Source: the human T2T-CHM13v2.0 reference genome, Homo sapiens. Taken from it: a stretch of DNA of 64,000 nucleotides. The stretch lies in NCBI RefSeq assembly GCF_009914755.1, contig NC_060947.1. One strand, given 5' to 3'. Below, piece by piece: positions 57,889 through 64,000 of this stretch. A model generated the notes under the pieces. The model worked only from the letters and a program-made list of their open reading frames with translations. It was not told where the DNA came from and did no database searches. Each line of letters opens with the position of its first letter. Position 1 is the stretch's first letter. Both the position numbers and the translations under genes were made by a program.

Positions 57889-60800
57889 CTAATACTTCCC
57901 TTCCTTCTCAAAAGGGATGAAACAATGGACTTACAAAAAAACATTTTTGTAAGATTCATTTATATGTGTCCATTTGTAATCAACTAAAATTCATTACTCC
58001 CATCTGGCTTTCAGTTCCCTGACCAAATCGTATTTCCTACTCTCTCCCATACCTACTCTCTGCTATGGCCAGGTCAGTTTCTTCAGAATTGCCCCAACAA
58101 ACCTTGCTCACTCCTACCTCTCTTTCATGGGTTATCCTAATCCCTTCCACCCTTCTCAACACTCCTCAAATCTAAGTCACCACTGGAAACTTCATATAAG
58201 CCACAAGGTTTTACCTTTATCAGAACTTCTAAACTTTTATCTGGAATTTTATAGTTAGACACAAACGATTCTCTCAGTGGGTTTCTTTTATCCCCTTGGG
58301 GAGACTGTCATTTCCCTCCAGCTGCCATGTGCCTGCTTAAAATCCCTTCCTGATTCTCTGTGACCAACAGGGTAATGACCAAGTTATTTCCTGGTACTTT
58401 ACAATCTGGCCTCAGCTCTCCCCACTCCCCCACATTGAGGCCATTCCCAACTCAACATACCCACACAGCAGCCTCTGCCACGGCTCCTGCTTTTACACAT
58501 TTGTATCCAGGGCCTGGACCATCCTCTCCCAGACACCTGGACACCCTGACCCCTATCTTCCTGCTCATGCTTGAAGACTCTCAGATTTAAAGTAACTGCC
58601 TCCCTAGGGAATCCCTCTTTGAAATACCACCTCCCCGCTTTTTTCCTCAGACAGATACTCTTTTTCCTACAGGATCTTGTACTTTTATTATAGTTGTTTA
58701 TCTGCCTTTCAGAAATGACTGTGGTTATTTGAGAACAGAGTCTTGTTTATTTTTTGCTTCAAGACTTAGCACAGTACTTGGCTCATCTGAACAGGACTCT
58801 GTGAATGCTTGCTGAGTGAGCAGCTGTCCAATACTCCCCTGAGAGCCCCATGGTGATGGACATGTGACAGGAATTCAAAGGCTTAGAGACTGGCACATGC
58901 TAGTTGCATGATATTGTGGTAGGTACTCATTTAACCCTAATACACATGGTGAGGATGGAAACACAAAGCTGCCATTGCCTTTTAATTCTCAGGGCAATAA
59001 TGAGTTTCAGGGAAACAAAGCCTTCAACCCCAATCTTTCCAGAACTTCAAAAACCTGATGAGAAGGAAGTACTTTTCACCAGAGAAAGAAAAGTATTTTA
59101 TAGCAGCAGAAGAAAAAAAGCTCAAGGCAAAAAAAAAGCTAATGAAAGAACATCCAAACTGCTCTTTCAATTGTTTTTGTGTCTGTATGCCTGGCAGCAA
59201 TCAAATTACTTCTAAAGCAACTTCAAGCTCTGAAATTGTTATTCTGTGATAAAAGTATTATTATTAAAGAACAATAATTTACGTAATTTACCCTATTTTA
59301 GCATAGTTTACCAGAGTTTGCAGTACATCAATGTTAATTTAAATACCTTGAAATCTATAATTTTAATGTTGACAGACCTTAATAAAATGCATATGAATCC
59401 TCATTTTTAAACAAATATTTGTGTAACACCTATAATATGCCAATCATTTCAATGAACATTGGGGTATAACAATGAATAAAACGATTTCTGCTCTTGACAA
59501 ATTTGGTATTTGAACAGAAAGAAGCATATGAAAAACACTAACAAGCCAGCCATCATGTTAAAATTATTAAATGGATGATGATGGCTCAAAATATAGCAGA
59601 TGCTCTCTTACCAATGTTTACCTAAAGGACCCCACCCATTTACCCCATATCCTCCATTCTTTTTCTAAACCATACTGATCATTGTCCAGAACTTGGGTTG
59701 TAGGCTCTTTTGCAATATATGTATGTACTGCTTCTCCCCCAAGTAGTGTACTTAAGAAGAGTCAGTGGTGTTTGTTCCCAAACCTGTTTATGCCAGTTGT
59801 ACTTGTTACTAGAATTATGAAACTTAATTCGATATTACATAAACTAATAAAATAGGAGTGCCAAACGAGAGAGTTTTTTCCTTTCTTTGAAAACCAGGTT
59901 GATTACTTTGGAGAGTCTTAACAAAAATGAGTCACTTGAGAAAATAGTTGCAAAAGTAAGTACGGGCAAATTTAAAGGTTTAAGGGGAGTGGGGTAGGTG
60001 ATATAAAGGGATTCTGCCCAGAGATTGGTTCCCAATGCCTTTAGGTTTTCATTCTACTTTAATGTAAGAATCTGAAGCTGAAAATCAGAAGCCAATGAAT
60101 TTTGGCTGTGATTTAATGTAAGAAAGACTTCTAGGAACTCCAATCAGGTCCTTGCACTCAAAGCAAAGGCCTTGACTCTACAATAAAATATCAGCAAATT
60201 AATGTTTAAAGTTAAACAAAATGTTTAGGCTACATAAGTGGCACGTTTTATGATTGATCCCTTTGGCATTTTCAATAAACCATCCAGCTGCTTGGTCCTG
60301 GATGTAGCAGATAAGGGTTTTCTCGGAGAAGCCAGGTGGTTTGGTCAACAGCTTTCGGTAGAGCAAAAATATAATAAAGAATTAATGACTTCCTGTTTGT
60401 CACAAACAGTACTCCGTGGTATTCGACTATGAGGTTTACTCAAAATGTCGGTTTGTGTCCCGATATTAAAAGGGAGCTCTCTCCAAGATCCAAGGGTGGG
60501 CTCCTTACTAGATCTTTAGACTCAGAGGGAGGGAAGCTAGCATATTCTGGGATCACTTCCTGCCCAGTTATTCAGCAGGATTCCATTCCTTTTTGTCTCC
60601 CACTGCATCTGAATTCCTGAGCAAGCTTCCAGAACCAAGCATTGCATGTATGGGTCTTCAGCGTGCTTCTTTCTGAGTGCAGCCTCTGAGGGTGGCTTGA
60701 GCCTGGATGTCGGGGAAGAAAGGGATTTAAGGAAAAGAGGTCAGGAGAAGCCAAAGCTGGAAGTGTTAAAGAGGGAGAACATTATAGCTTCCTCCACCAG

Positions 60801-61149
60801 TTCCCTTGGAGAAGAGCCAATCATACTGGAAGCATGCACATCGAAGATGCCAGCATTTAACCCAACTACAGGTGACACTTCTGATGCTGGCTTCATGCAT
60901 TCAAGTAGTGTTTAGACCATCAGGGAGCTGTTTTCTCGTGGTTTTCAAGCATAACATTACTCTCTCATTTCTTTTTTTCTAAATTACATATTGGTTGACC
61001 TGTAAAGACCCAAAGAAATAATTTCATCAAATTCTTTTATTTTATAGTCAACTAAAATTATGAAGAGAAAATGATTTACCCACGATCACACAGCAAACTA
61101 GTGGGCAAGCTGGGGCAGGCACCAGGGCCTCTCTGCTTAACAGCCTTCT

Positions 61150-61305
61150 TTGCTTCCTGGCTCCAGGAACCAGAAGCATGAGCACCCACTGGGAGCTTGT
61201 TACAAATGCAGAAACTCAGGCCCCACCCAGGCCCACTGAATCAGACACTGCTTTTTTAACAAGATCGCTAGATGATCTGTACACATATTAAAAAGAACTG
61301 CTCTA
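61150..61305. mobile_element. MER5-family MITE
   Basis: gggagcttgttacaaatgcagaa, actgaatcaga, ttttaacaagatc. Confidence 0.8.
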
Positions 61306-61430
61306 GACCAAAATTTTTTATAATGCTATTTAGTGAAATTATTGACATTTAAATACATAATCCTTATAAAAACTTCCTTACCACAAAATGGGTTGAAACA
61401 ATTATTTCAATATTTTGTTGTATCTGATCA

Positions 61431-61791
<361 letters not shown>

Positions 61792-62199
61792 CAATTATAG
61801 GCAAAGAAACAAAATCCGCATTTCTCTCTGGATACATAAGCCATATTAAAGCAGCTTGGATATTCCACAAATGCCTTATAAGAGGTTATTACATGGAATT
61901 CACTTAATTGCTATGCCTTCAGGCCTATGAACAAGGTAACAGAATCAAAATTCTGTTGGGCAATGCAAGTTCCTATCAGATAAAACCAGAGTTAACACTG
62001 AAGGGTGTGTGTGTCTGTGTGCTGTGTGTGTGCACTCTCACTCACCTTCACAATATGTGCAGCCAAACATGGAACCCTTCAGCCAGAGAAATAGTTTCAA
62101 CACACTCATTTAGGTAGCGTACTGCATACACAATACAGCAACATCTCATTGTGCAAAACGACCAAAGTTACTGAACAGTCAAATACACTTCAGACATCA

Positions 62200-62465
62200 A
62201 TTGGCTCATTCCATTTACCTGAACCCTCCAGAAGAGGCAAATCCATAGAGACAGAAAGTAGGTTAGTGCTTGCCAGGGGCTGGGGGGAGAAGAGAATGAG
62301 GAGTGACTGCGAAATGGGTACAAGATTTCTTTTTGGGGTTGATGACAATGTTCTAACATTAGATAGTAGTGATGGCTGCACAAATCTGAATATACTGAAG
62401 ACCACTGACTTGTATACTTAAACGTGTGAATTGTATGATATGTGAATTACATCTTAAGGCTATAA
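62200..62465 (+). mobile_element. L1MB-type 3' end
   Basis: aggcaaatccatagagacagaaagtag, gatggctgcacaa, tgtgaattgtatgatatgtgaattacatc. Confidence 0.88.
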
Positions 62466-63099
62466 AAAAACTGGCTTAACAATGAAAAACCCATGTTTTC
62501 TTTCAAGATGTAATGAAAAGTGAAATTACACATATCACCACTACTCATTATTTTATTTTTAGGTTAAAGATTGCAAATACCTTAAAATTTGAGTCTGAAG
62601 GGACTTTTATTTCTACAAACCTCATCTATTTTACCAGTAAATTAACTGATCCTGGTTAAGGAACTAATTGTATTAAGAACCAAAGTCCCGACTTAATGGG
62701 CCAATGGTCAGAATTTTCCCAACGTTAAATCATTTCAATTAAAACATTCATAAGAGGATGCACGGTAATTAAATACATCTGGAAAAATAAAACCAGTTCA
62801 TGGCCCTGTGGTGTATTTACTAAGAGTCTACCAAAGGAAATCAGTATGTTTCCTTTTTTACATGAAGGGAACTTTCTTTTTAATGTAAAAACTAAAACCA
62901 AAACCAAGGATACTGCCAGAACCAGTGAAGTATGCACAAATTAACATAAATTGGCAATTGAAATGTGGAGCCAACAATTGTCCAAAACACAAAGTACTTC
63001 CTTAAGAACAGGTCTCTGGCTCGGGCCTTTGCTTCATGAGAACTGCACCCAACTCCACACCTGTTTAAAAATGAAGCCCACCCTACCCCTAAATCAGTC

Positions 63100-64000
63100 C
63101 AAAGTATTGTGAAAGCTGTTCTGGAGAAGGTCCCCGTGTGATAATTCCACGTACAAATCCAAACGCCTAGCGTTAAATTAAAATAACGATTTCAGAAAAA
63201 GTAGTTGATGCTTTCCTCAATACCACACTTGTTCGTAACTGTAACATCTTTGGTGGCAATTATCACCAAAGTGATCACAGGCTGAGTAGCAGTCATCCTC
63301 TGAGCCTCATTTTGTGTATGAGCCTCATTTAAAACGGAGGTTGAATGGTTTGACTGCTCACATGGGGGACATTAAGAGAAGTAGGAACCTGAGTTACAGG
63401 CCACTCGATTCTGCCCTTTCTAGAAGGATCTTATGCTAGTTCTTGCCTTTTTAGAAAGAAATTTTCCTGTTGGATTTGGTGGGCCTTATCTCCTTTCATA
63501 TTTTGATCACCTAGTAAATTTTTTAAAAATGTAAACCAGAAAATTATTTGAGCTTCCTTTGAAATGCAAAAAAGTGCCCCCTTTACTCCTCACCAAAATT
63601 TTAATCCGTACAAAATTATCGCCCCCCCACACACAATTAATAGCAAAGATAATGTGAAAGAGGGGGATGAATGATTAGGGGAAGCGGAGGAGCGGGCAAG
63701 CAATTCCCAAGCCCTCACCATTAACTCGCAATGGTTAAACCCACTGACGTCCTCGTTAGGAATGCTCTTCACAGTCTTTGTGGCTTGTGGCTGGAGTCTG
63801 TCACTAGAGAAAGATAACGGAGCAGGAGGAGAAAAACCCTTTCCCAAGCACAGCTGTCACACGTTTTCAGGAGTGCTGCGGAATGAGGCTGATTTCCACA
63901 GCACTCTTTACGAGTTTTCCTCCCAATACAGAGTCCCCACTTAAAGACATGTTGCTGACGGCAGCATTTCAGGGTGTTAGGAAGTGACAAAAAGAATCCT
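63100..64000. promoter_or_regulatory. Repeat-free zone with retained CpGs; probable CpG-island shore or promoter-proximal region
   Basis: About 12 CpGs by eye in 63600-64000, against depletion in most unique sequence here; TGACGTC CRE-like site near 63745. Confidence 0.45.

Overview
Primate (human-like) genomic DNA, rich in repeats, with no recognisable protein-coding exon. I find 31 Alu/FLAM copies (22 on +, 9 on -), old L1M/L2/MIR fragments, LTRs (MLT1D-like, MER41A, MLT1J/K-like, MSTA, MER66-like) and many DNA-transposon relics (MER5 x8, MER20 x4 plus a fragment, MER3, MER33, MER58, MER82, MER119, MADE1 x3). Repeat orientation bias, minus-strand splice signals and CpG rising at the right edge suggest the window is the 5' intron region of a large minus-strand gene with its promoter just beyond 64000. 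I cannot name that gene. Candidate non-coding minus-strand exons lie at 6701-6794 and 46066-46214. The most unusual structures are a template-switch fold-back hairpin in an AluJ (22352-22431), a 144-bp non-tandem duplication (11003/13786), three MADE1 (miR-548-type) elements within 10 kb, and a perfect 41-bp tandem duplication. I see no convincing new biological system. Repeat names come from remembered consensus sequences and boundaries are approximate.
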